NCBI GenBank assembly: GCA_963743305.1
Contig: CAVUPH010000022.1
Location: 32,001-96,000 of the forward strand
Direction of reading: 5' to 3'
Source of the DNA: an uncultured delta proteobacterium
GTDB lineage: Bacteria > Desulfobacterota > RBG-13-43-22
DNA: 64,000 nt
In this document: in pieces, positions 11,312 through 18,983 of the stretch
Numbering within the stretch: position 1 is the stretch's first letter
Layout of the letters: every line of letters begins with the position of its first letter
Made by a program: the position numbers and the translations under genes
The notes under the pieces: model-generated
Told to the model about the DNA's origin: nothing
Databases searched by the model: none
What the model saw: only the letters and a program-made list of their open reading frames with translations

Positions 11312-12439
11312 TTAAGACGATAATGCTTTTCTGAATAGGCGATATTTCTTGCATGTTTTTGCGCCGGTTTCCTCTATCAGGGAGTTGATCGACTCGTTGT
11401 CTTCCAGGGTCCAGCCCAACTCCAGATAATGATATTTCTCTTTCTTCCTCACCACCTCAAATATGTGGTGGAAGGCTAACAGGGGGAGTCCCAGTTGCTG
11501 GTACTTCTCCTTAACCCCGAAGATCAGGCACCTCAATCCCCTGATCTCCCGCCGATACCTGAGGAACTTCAGCAAACCCAGCAGCCCGACCCGTCCGTTC
11601 AAACGCTTGAGTAACGGGTTGATGTCGGGAAAGATCACGCAGGCCGCTGCGGGCTCATTCTCATAATAAATGAAGAAGACCAAGTCCGGATCCACGAATT
11701 TCATCACGTTCTTTTGAATGTCCCGCATCTCCCGATCGCTTAAGGGGACGAAACCCCAGTTGCCCGACCAGGAGGCATTGTAGATCTCTCTGATCAGCGC
11801 GAACTCAGCGTCCACCTCCTTGGGGCGCGAGGGCCTGATGTGGACCCCTTTTTTTCGGGAAATCCGTTCCGCCAGACGATCCATCCACTCGGGAAGACGG
11901 TAATCGCCCTCTATCAAGAAGGCCAGCAGGTCCTTCTCTTTGGTGTAACCGCACGATTCTACCAACCCGGGGTAGTACGGCGGGTTGTACACCATCATTA
12001 AGGACGGCGGGTAATTGAATCCCTCGATGAGCAAGCCCACCTCGTAATTGGTGGATGGGTTGAGCGGGCCTCTCATGAAGGTCATCCCTTTTTGAAAAGC
12101 CCAGGTCTCTACGGAAGAGAAGAGGGCCGCCGCGGCCTCCGGATCGTCAACGCATTCAAAGAATCCCCAAATGCCCATCTTTTCGTCATGGAACCGGTTA
12201 TAATGGCGATCGATGATGCCCGCGATCCTTCCCACCGTCTCCGAACCGCGTCGGGCCAGAAAGAGGATGCGTTCGGAAAATTTCCAGAAAGGATGCTCAC
12301 CGGGGTCCAGCATCCGGCGAACCTCCCCCTTGAGGGGGGGGACCCAGTGGGGATACTCCGCATAGATCCTCCAGGGCAGGTCAATGAAGTCCTTTAGCTC
12401 CGACCCCCCTTCCGACGCAATGATCTCTAGGCCGTCCAT
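11312..12439 (-). CDS. GNAT-fold N-acyltransferase, YghO/bacterial ceramide synthase-like
   Basis: FIDLPW..Y..WVPPL, VGRIAG, GFFEC, RGPLNPSTNYEVGLLIEGF, NWGFVP, ELGWTLEDN pattern; first gene of the PKS operon. Confidence 0.75.
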   Translation of the reverse strand: MDGLEIIASEGGSELKDFIDLPWRIYAEYPHWVPPLKGEVRRMLDPGEHPFWKFSERILFLARRGSETVGRIAGIIDRHYNRFHDEKMGIWGFFECVDDPEAAAALFSSVETWAFQKGMTFMRGPLNPSTNYEVGLLIEGFNYPPSLMMVYNPPYYPGLVESCGYTKEKDLLAFLIEGDYRLPEWMDRLAERISRKKGVHIRPSRPKEVDAEFALIREIYNASWSGNWGFVPLSDREMRDIQKNVMKFVDPDLVFFIYYENEPAAACVIFPDINPLLKRLNGRVGLLGLLKFLRYRREIRGLRCLIFGVKEKYQQLGLPLLAFHHIFEVVRKKEKYHYLELGWTLEDNESINSLIEETGAKTCKKYRLFRKALSS

Positions 12440-12671
12440 AATCGTTATCTTTGAAAGGTTATCACCAAACCGTTACCGGTCGGCAGTTTCTCAGTCCCGA
12501 CGCAAAAAAAGCAAGGGAAGCCGCCAAGAGAAAAGTACTATAAATGGGGGGAAAAGGGAAGGTGAAATTGGGAGGAGATAGGCAGGAAGCAGCCGGGGTT
12601 CTGCAGAGCAAGGCAGCCACTTTCTGAATTTCAACAAGCGCGCCTGTTGCGGTTGATGCCTGGATTGGGCT

Positions 12672-12702
12672 GGAAAGGGGAGACTCGCGGTCTCCCCTTT
12701 CC
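12672..12702. terminator. Intrinsic terminator-like hairpin
   Basis: GGAAAGGGGAGAC-TCGCG-GTCTCCCCTTTCC, perfect 13-bp stem just after the stop of the minus-strand stress cluster. Confidence 0.7.
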
Positions 12703-12720
12703 CTGGTATAACCGGGATTC

Positions 12721-13194
12721 TTACTTCGTCGTTTCTGTCTTGGTCTTTGTGGTGGTGGTCTCCGTCTCTGTGGTGGTGGCCTTCATTTTCCTCGCTTTAC
12801 CCCTGGTGACTGAAGAGGCCATCATCTTGCCGTCTTTCTCCATGTACTTCACCGTGACCATGTCGCCGGCCTTCGCTTCGCCCTTCATCTTGGCGCCTGA
12901 AACATCGAAGGTCATCTCGGCCTTCTTGCCTTTGACGGTCATCATCTTCTCGGCCATATCCATGTTCGTGACTCTGCCCGTTAACATCAGGGCTTTGGTT
13001 CTCGTTGTTTTGGTAACTGTTTCCTTTTTTTCAGGTGTGGTAGTGGTAGTGGTAGTTGTTTCCTTCTTCGTAGGCGGGGTTGTGGTAGTCGTAGTGGTAG
13101 TGGTTTCCTTCTTCTCAGTTGTCTGCGCAACTACAGTCGTCATAAACGCAACACTAATAAGAACCGCCAAACCGACCGATAACGCTTTCTTCAT
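12721..13194 (-). CDS. Secreted Thr-rich protein with small Met-rich beta domain
   Basis: Signal peptide MKKALSVGLAVL..VVA, KKET-poly-Thr repeats, central TGRV..VKG...AGDMVTVKY; GGAGG upstream. Confidence 0.75.
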   Translation of the reverse strand: MKKALSVGLAVLISVAFMTTVVAQTTEKKETTTTTTTTTPPTKKETTTTTTTTPEKKETVTKTTRTKALMLTGRVTNMDMAEKMMTVKGKKAEMTFDVSGAKMKGEAKAGDMVTVKYMEKDGKMMASSVTRGKARKMKATTTETETTTTKTKTETTK

Positions 13195-13260
13195 GATCTT
13201 GTTCCTCCTTTGTTTTTATTCAATTCACCAGCCTCTGTCCGAGATAAGGAATACGGTCGC

Positions 13261-13575
13261 CTATTTCACGATCAGATCATTCTTGACGGATGAAACCCCC
13301 TTGACGCTACCGGCGATTTGCCCCGCCTTATCGACGGTGCTTTTAGAATCAACGAAACCGCTCAGTTGGACGACGCCCTTCTGGGTTTCGACACTGATTT
13401 GGAATGACTTGAGAAAATCATCACTTGCCAGCAGGGCTTTAACTTTGGTCGTGATGACCGAATCGTCAACATATTCACCCGTACTCTCACTTTTAGCTGT
13501 CGATGCATAGCCGGCGAAGACGACTATCATCATAAGCAGCACTAAACAACGTATTACGACATTTCTCTTTTTCAT
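13261..13575 (-). CDS. BON domain protein (OsmY-like)
   Basis: DDSVITTKVKALL, VETQKGVVQLSGFV, VKNDLIVK; GGAGG before ATG 13575; paralog of 63651-63965. Confidence 0.9.
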   Translation of the reverse strand: MKKRNVVIRCLVLLMMIVVFAGYASTAKSESTGEYVDDSVITTKVKALLASDDFLKSFQISVETQKGVVQLSGFVDSKSTVDKAGQIAGSVKGVSSVKNDLIVK

Positions 13576-13702
13576 ACCGTTTATTCCTCCCTGTAAATTT
13601 GATTGGGTAAGGGTCATTAACAAGACCCTTGCTGCTCAACATAACCCTAAGTGGTTTCAGCTAAATTTTCCTCGACCTGCCGACCACCTCCTTTCAAATA
13701 CC

Positions 13703-14122
13703 TTACGCCTGCGGTATTCCTGTATCCTTCGCACCTCGCCTCAAATCCTCTCTGGCCTGTGTTGCTAAATTCTCATAATCGATTCGAATCTTGTCAAGGT
13801 CCTTCTCGTCTAATTCCTCTAGATCTAATAGCGCATTATGCGCACCTTCTATTACACGAATCAATTCATCTAATTTTACTTGTAAGGCCGCAGAGTCCCG
13901 ATTCTGCGTATTCTGAATTAAGAAGACCATAAGAAAAGTCACAATAGTAGTTCCAGTATTTATAACCAGTTGCCAGGTATCACTGAATTGGAAGATGGGG
14001 CCTGTAATTATCCAAATGATGATTATCGATACCGCCAGCATAAAGGCAATGGGCTGTCCGGTTTTCCTCGCAGTCATTTTTGCAAAGCGAGTAAACCAAG
14101 AAGTAGATTTAGTAGGCTTCAT
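13703..14122 (-). CDS. Low-affinity iron permease family protein (Fet4-like)
   Basis: FSDTWQLVINTGTTIVTFLMVFLIQNTQNRD...KLDELI signature. Confidence 0.9.
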   Translation of the reverse strand: MKPTKSTSWFTRFAKMTARKTGQPIAFMLAVSIIIIWIITGPIFQFSDTWQLVINTGTTIVTFLMVFLIQNTQNRDSAALQVKLDELIRVIEGAHNALLDLEELDEKDLDKIRIDYENLATQAREDLRRGAKDTGIPQA

Positions 14123-14158
14123 AATTATTCTCTCTCTGTCGAAGGATTCGGGTTCTGT

Positions 14159-14854
14159 TTACGCGGCCTTTCCGAAAAGAGCCCCGATGCCTGCGGTCAC
14201 GGCCATGGCTAGTGCACCCCAGAACGTTACGCGCAGCGCGCCTGCCTTCGCGCTTGCGCCGCCGGCGCGCGCAGCCAACCCACCCAGGAGCGCGAGAAAC
14301 AGCAGGGACACTCCAGCGACGAGAGGTACCAGGTTCGTCGCGGGTACTATGACGACGGTCAAAAGAGGCAGGGCGGCTCCAACGGCGAATGTGCTCGCCG
14401 ACGTGAGCGCCGCTTGAATCGGGCGCGCTGTGAGAATAGCGGAGATACCCAGTTCGTCGCGGGCGTGCGCGCCTATCGCGTCGCGAGCCATAAGTTGCCT
14501 GGCGACCTCCTTCGCCAGCGAAGGATCCAGGCCGCGACCCATGTAGATCCCGGCCAATTCCTCCGTCTCGTTTTCTTTGTCCGCGGAGAGTCCCTTGCGC
14601 TCAAGCACGAGGTCGGCCCGTTCGGTGTCCGACTGCGAGCTGACCGAGACGTACTCGCCGGCAGCCATCGCCATAGCTCCCGCGACCAGCCCGGCGGCTC
14701 CCGCGACCACTAAGCCGCTGTGAGTCGCCTGCGCGGCCGCTACCCCGAGCAGCAAGCTGGCTGTCGAAACGATGCCGTCGTTCGCACCCAAGACGGCCGC
14801 GCGAAGCCAGCCGATGCGTTGCATGCGGTGCCGTTCCCGGTGGAATATACGCAT
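14159..14854 (-). CDS. VIT1/CCC1 family Fe/Mn transporter
   Basis: WLRAAVLGANDGIVS, MAAGEYVSVSSQ, AHARDELGI motifs. Confidence 0.93.
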   Translation of the reverse strand: MRIFHRERHRMQRIGWLRAAVLGANDGIVSTASLLLGVAAAQATHSGLVVAGAAGLVAGAMAMAAGEYVSVSSQSDTERADLVLERKGLSADKENETEELAGIYMGRGLDPSLAKEVARQLMARDAIGAHARDELGISAILTARPIQAALTSASTFAVGAALPLLTVVIVPATNLVPLVAGVSLLFLALLGGLAARAGGASAKAGALRVTFWGALAMAVTAGIGALFGKAA

Positions 14855-14965
14855 TCTCTTGGCTAACCTTGTCCGGTTGGCTTCTCAACCAACTGGATTC
14901 TCCAGACTTTTCCTGGCGCTAAATAAGACTCTGCTTTTGCGTCAAAATAATGTGAAAAGTGGCCC

Positions 14966-15055
14966 CTATCGTCGTCTAGTCCAATAGTAACCGCCGCCCC
15001 CGCCGAACAATATGACCAACACGACAATGATAATGATGAGCGTTGTATTATCCAT
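14966..15055 (-). CDS. 29-aa membrane microprotein, copy 1
   Basis: MDNTTLIIIIVVLVILFGGGGGYYWTRRR; AAAGGAA upstream; near-identical copy at 23210-23299. Confidence 0.8.
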   Translation of the reverse strand: MDNTTLIIIIVVLVILFGGGGGYYWTRRR

Positions 15056-15119
15056 GATAATTTTCCTTTTTTTGTTGAACATGGGTGTCAGTTTCGAGGT
15101 TTTCCGTTGACCGCTCTCC

Positions 15120-15299
15120 CTACTTTCCCAGGGCCTTCTCGACTTGGCCGATCTTTTCTTGCGCTTTGCCGGCCACCTTTTCGACTTTCCCTTCTGCTTC
15201 CAATAAAGGTTTTTTGCTGAGTTTCCCGGCGACTTCCTTGACCTTACCCTTCACTTCGTGAAACGTTCCTTCCGCCTGGTCCTTCGTGCTGGGTTTCAT
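15120..15299 (-). CDS. CsbD/YjbJ family stress protein
   Basis: DQAEGTFHEVKGKVKEVAGK...LEAEGKVEKVAGKAQEKIG; AGGAGG RBS before ATG 15299. Confidence 0.92.
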   Translation of the reverse strand: MKPSTKDQAEGTFHEVKGKVKEVAGKLSKKPLLEAEGKVEKVAGKAQEKIGQVEKALGK

Positions 15300-15412
15300 G
15301 GTATTCTCCTCCTGATGTTTTAGATTTCTCATTGTCTGTCCCTTGTCGGAAAAATCTTTCCGGGCCAGGTGATCGCTTCATTTCCAAATAGTTTGCCTTC
15401 TCCGGGAAGGGG

Positions 15413-15460
15413 TCAAATCGCACCAATCATCTTCGTCCTTCGTATGACTACCAGGATCAT
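15413..15460 (-). pseudogene. 5' remnant of an ABM gene (MILVVIRRTKMIGAI*)
   Basis: First 24 nt match the 60451 ABM start at 19/24, at the same 14-nt offset from the sigma54 -12 C. Confidence 0.55.
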
Positions 15461-15472
15461 AAAGATGGTTAG

Positions 15473-15489
15473 TGCAAAGGGGTTGCCAA
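15473..15489 (-). promoter_or_regulatory. sigma54 -24/-12 promoter, module copy 1
   Basis: Minus strand TTGGcaacccctTTGCA, exact GG-N10-GC, 98 nt from the palindrome pair. Confidence 0.85.
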
Positions 15490-15585
15490 AATTCCGGAAA
15501 AGGCAGAAGCTCGAAATCTAATCTGATATCGGACTTTTAGATTAACAGGAGAGGATAGGTCTAAAGGTTGGAATGATGAGTGGAG

Positions 15586-15620
15586 CCTCCATATTTGGTG
15601 GAACCTCCATATATCGAGGG
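15586..15620 (-). promoter_or_regulatory. Tandem palindromic enhancer (UAS), copy 1
   Basis: Minus strand CCCTCGATATATGGAGG-TT-CCACCAAATATGGAGG; 25 bp after the bEBP stop. Confidence 0.8.
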
Positions 15621-15644
15621 GATCTTTGAGGGGCGCCGAACAGC

Positions 15645-17405
15645 TTAATCCGAATCTTTGATCTTCGGACGGGATATTCCGAGCTTATGCATCCTGGCCC
15701 TCAAGGTGCTGGGGTGGAGACCCAGGATGGCTGCGGCCCCGTTCTTTCCTTCGAGGCGCCATCGGGTTTCCGTCAGGGTGTTGAGGATTTGGTTTCGTTC
15801 CGCCTCTTCCAAGGTATTCATACCCGCTGAAAAGGGGAGGGAGGCGATCTCCAGTTTATCCGTCAATTGCAGGACCGGCCCTGGGCATAAGATCACGGCT
15901 CGTTCAATGATACTTTCCAACTCCCGGATATTCCCGGGCCAATGGTAATCCTGGAGGGCCTTCATGGTTTCCTTTTGGATAGAGGTGATCTGCTTCCCCA
16001 GTTTTCTGGCATAGCGCTCCGTGAAGGCCTGGACCAGGATCGGTATGTCTTCCTGGCGCTGCCGCAAGGGAGGGACCGTAATGGGGAAGACATTCAGCCG
16101 ATAGTAAAGATCCTGACGAAACAGGCCTTTACGGACCTCCTCTTCGAGATTTCGGTTGGTCGTGGCCACGATTCGTACATCGACTTTAATGGTCCGGGAT
16201 GAGCCCAGGCGCTCAAACTCGCTATGCTGGATCACCCGGAGCAGTTTGGCCTGTAACTCCAGCGGCAGCTCCCCGATCTCATCCAGACAAAGGGTAGAGC
16301 CATGGGCGATCTCAAACCGGCCTATCTGCCGGGTATCGGCCCCGGTAAAAGCCCCCTTCTCCCGGCCGAACAATTCGCTCTCTATTAAGTTGGCCGGCAG
16401 GGCGGCGCAGTTGACGGTGATCAGCGGCCGATCCCGGCGGGGGCTCAGGTTGTGGATGACGGCGGCGATCAGTTCTTTTCCCGTCCCGGTCTCCCCGAGG
16501 ATGAGGACCGTTGTGGTCTGAGGGGCGACCTGTTCCGCTCGATAAAGAACGTATTTGAGACCATCGCTTTGGCCGAGAATGTGGTCGTAGGGTTGTTTCT
16601 TTTTGGCTTCTTGACGGAAATAGATATTCTCGGCCTCGAGCCGGTCTTTCAAGGTCTTGATTTCAGAAAGGGCTTGGCGAAGGGATTCTTCGTCCTGGTG
16701 GTGTTCTTTAATTTCCTTCCCCAGATGCTTGTTGGCTGTCCGAAGTTCGCTGGTCCGCTCCTCCACCCGTCGTTCCAGTCCATTGTGGGCTTTTTGCAAG
16801 GCCCCGGCCAGACGTTTCCGTTCGGTGATATCGCTCATGACCATGCGGTACTCGGGAGGTTCAGCGGCTTCTTGCGCGGCGGAGGCTTCCAGTCGCGCCC
16901 AGAATTCCGTTCCGTCCTTTTTCGCCATGCGCAGTTCGCACTCCTGCAGAGCCCCGGTTTCAAGAAGCAGTTTGTGCTGCCGATAATAGATATCCTGGTC
17001 CTCGGGGATGACGAACCGGGCGATCGGCTGCTTGACCAATGCCCGCCGATCCAGGCCGAGCATTTGGGCGGCAGTGAGATTCGCTTCCCAAATCAGCCCC
17101 TGCTCGCTGAGGGTGACATAGCCCACCGGCGCCAGATTGTAGAGGTCGAAATAGCGCGATCGAGCGGTTTCCAGTTCCATCTGGGCCCGGCGCAGCTCAT
17201 CGTTCTGCATCTCCAGCTCGATCTGGTGCACCCGCAGTTCATGGAGCGTCTGCCGCGTTTCTTCGGGCGATAGGACCACCGGGGCTTTCGACGACCGGGC
17301 TGCTTTTCCCCGGGCGATCTCTTCGGCCTGTCCGCGTAGAGCTTGCCCTGAGCTGGTCGAAGGGGCGGCTTGTTCGGGACGATCAGCCTTGCTTTTCGTT
17401 GTCAT
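15645..17405 (-). CDS. sigma54-dependent enhancer-binding protein (coiled coil-PAS-AAA+-HTH, FhlA-like)
   Basis: GETGTGKE, ESELFG.EKGAFTGA, LDEIGEL, RQDLYYRL, WPGNIREL; HTH GAAAILGLHPSTLRARMHKLGI; no receiver domain. Confidence 0.95.
   Translation of the reverse strand: MTTKSKADRPEQAAPSTSSGQALRGQAEEIARGKAARSSKAPVVLSPEETRQTLHELRVHQIELEMQNDELRRAQMELETARSRYFDLYNLAPVGYVTLSEQGLIWEANLTAAQMLGLDRRALVKQPIARFVIPEDQDIYYRQHKLLLETGALQECELRMAKKDGTEFWARLEASAAQEAAEPPEYRMVMSDITERKRLAGALQKAHNGLERRVEERTSELRTANKHLGKEIKEHHQDEESLRQALSEIKTLKDRLEAENIYFRQEAKKKQPYDHILGQSDGLKYVLYRAEQVAPQTTTVLILGETGTGKELIAAVIHNLSPRRDRPLITVNCAALPANLIESELFGREKGAFTGADTRQIGRFEIAHGSTLCLDEIGELPLELQAKLLRVIQHSEFERLGSSRTIKVDVRIVATTNRNLEEEVRKGLFRQDLYYRLNVFPITVPPLRQRQEDIPILVQAFTERYARKLGKQITSIQKETMKALQDYHWPGNIRELESIIERAVILCPGPVLQLTDKLEIASLPFSAGMNTLEEAERNQILNTLTETRWRLEGKNGAAAILGLHPSTLRARMHKLGISRPKIKDSD
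17341..17364. repeat. REP-like palindrome half embedded in-frame in the bEBP (encodes PSTSSGQA)
   Basis: GCTTGCCCTGAGCTGGTCGAAGGG matches the arm of the intergenic palindrome at 38590-38656. Confidence 0.65.
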
Positions 17406-17799
17406 CCTCGATCATTTCCAGGCGGTGTTTCTGAATCCCATGTTGCTCTCCAAGGGGATGAACCCTCTTTTGGTCAGTTTGGTTAGGAAGCTTTGCCGCA
17501 GAGCCACCTTGCCTAACCCTCTAATTTTTGAATATATTATAGTTTTTAGGAGGAAAAGTAAATGAAAAAAAACGATTAGCGAAGGCCGGGACCAAGAGGC
17601 GGTCTTTTTTTGCGAAATCCAGGTTGCCGGGTATTTACTTCTTAAGTCTATTTAGATAGCATAAACGGGTAGTCAAATAAAAGCCTCCTAATCGTGTGGC
17701 GAGTAAGGAAATGAGGAAAGAGAAGATGATCCATCTCGGGAATCACGGTTTAGGGCGATCCGGGCCGCAAAGCTTGGGGATTGTTCGATCGGGGAACGC

Positions 17800-18873
17800 G
17801 TGGTGACGCCTTCCCCGGTTTGTTCCTACAACGAATGGGACCCGCTCGAGGAGGTCGTGGTCGGTCGACTCGAGGGCGCGATGATCCCGTCCAAACACCT
17901 CACGGTCAGCTTCAACATCCCCCGGAGACTGATGAGGATCTATAAGCTGGTCGCCGGGCTTCCCTATCCCAAGTTTGTCGTGCGCCCGGCCCAGCGCGAA
18001 CTGGACGAGTTCATTCACATCCTCGAGGCGGAAGGCATCACCGTGCGCCGGCCGGCGGTGACGGACTTCTCCGTCACCTACAAGACGCCGCACTGGAAGT
18101 CGAAGGGCTTTTGCGCAGCCTGCCCGAGAGACGGGCTGCTCGTCGTGGGCGATGAGATCATCGAGACGCCGATGGCCTGGCGGTCTCGTTACTTCGAGGT
18201 GGACGCCTACCGCCCGCTGCTCAAGGAGTACACCGCGAGAGGGGCGAAGTGGACCACCGCGCCGCGTCCTTCGCTGGTCGATGCGCTCTACAACCAGGAC
18301 TATCGTCTCCCCGAGCCGGGCGAGCCGATCCCCTTCGTCGTGAACGAGTATGAGCCCGTTTTCGATGCCGCCGACTTTGTCCGTTGCGGCCGGGACCTCT
18401 TCGGCATCCGCAGCAACGTGACGAACGAGTCCGGCATTCACTGGCTCCGGACCCATCTCGGCGACAGATTCCGCATCACCCTGCTCGAGACCCGCTGTCG
18501 CCAGCCCATGCACATCGACTCGAGCCTGATGCCGCTCGCACCGGGGAAGCTGCTGCTCAATGCGGACTACATCGATCCGAGCCGGCTCCCGCCGCTGTTC
18601 GCCTCGTGGGACATTCTCCTCGCCCCCGAACCGAACCCCGTCCCCTGGCGCATCCCCTCATTGTGCAGCCGTTGGCTGAGCATCAATGTGTTGATGCTCG
18701 ACGAGAAGCGAGTCATCGTGGAGCGGTCGCAGGTGTCTCTCATCAAGAAACTCAAGGACTGGGGTTTCGCGCCAATCCCCTGTTCCTTTGCCAACTATGC
18801 CCCCTTCGGCGGCTCCTTCCACTGCGCGACCCTGGACGTGCGAAGGAGAGGCGAGCCGCGGTCGTACTTCTGA
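17800..18873 (+). CDS. Amidinotransferase (glycine/inosamine-phosphate amidinotransferase family)
   Basis: SYNEWDPLEEVVVG, CPRD, FDAAD, MHID and GGSFHC catalytic motifs. Confidence 0.9.
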   Translation: MVTPSPVCSYNEWDPLEEVVVGRLEGAMIPSKHLTVSFNIPRRLMRIYKLVAGLPYPKFVVRPAQRELDEFIHILEAEGITVRRPAVTDFSVTYKTPHWKSKGFCAACPRDGLLVVGDEIIETPMAWRSRYFEVDAYRPLLKEYTARGAKWTTAPRPSLVDALYNQDYRLPEPGEPIPFVVNEYEPVFDAADFVRCGRDLFGIRSNVTNESGIHWLRTHLGDRFRITLLETRCRQPMHIDSSLMPLAPGKLLLNADYIDPSRLPPLFASWDILLAPEPNPVPWRIPSLCSRWLSINVLMLDEKRVIVERSQVSLIKKLKDWGFAPIPCSFANYAPFGGSFHCATLDVRRRGEPRSYF

Positions 18874-18983
18874 GCGCCGATTTTTCAGGTGAGCCGCCTC
18901 AGATGAGCCATTGGGGGAGCATTCCCGGCAGAGGCCGGCCCTCAGCATCCCTTTCCCTTTCCTCCTCAAACGGAGGAGGAGGG

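Noticed and set aside
12510-12527. sigma54-like TTGGCGGCTTCCCTTGCT upstream of the PKS operon (minus strand)
   Set aside because: GG-GC spacing is 11, not the required 10, and no UAS is nearby; viable only if the CCC run holds an indel error
12647-13510. 287-aa Val-rich plus-strand ORF
   Set aside because: Mirror of the poly-Thr and BON genes on the minus strand
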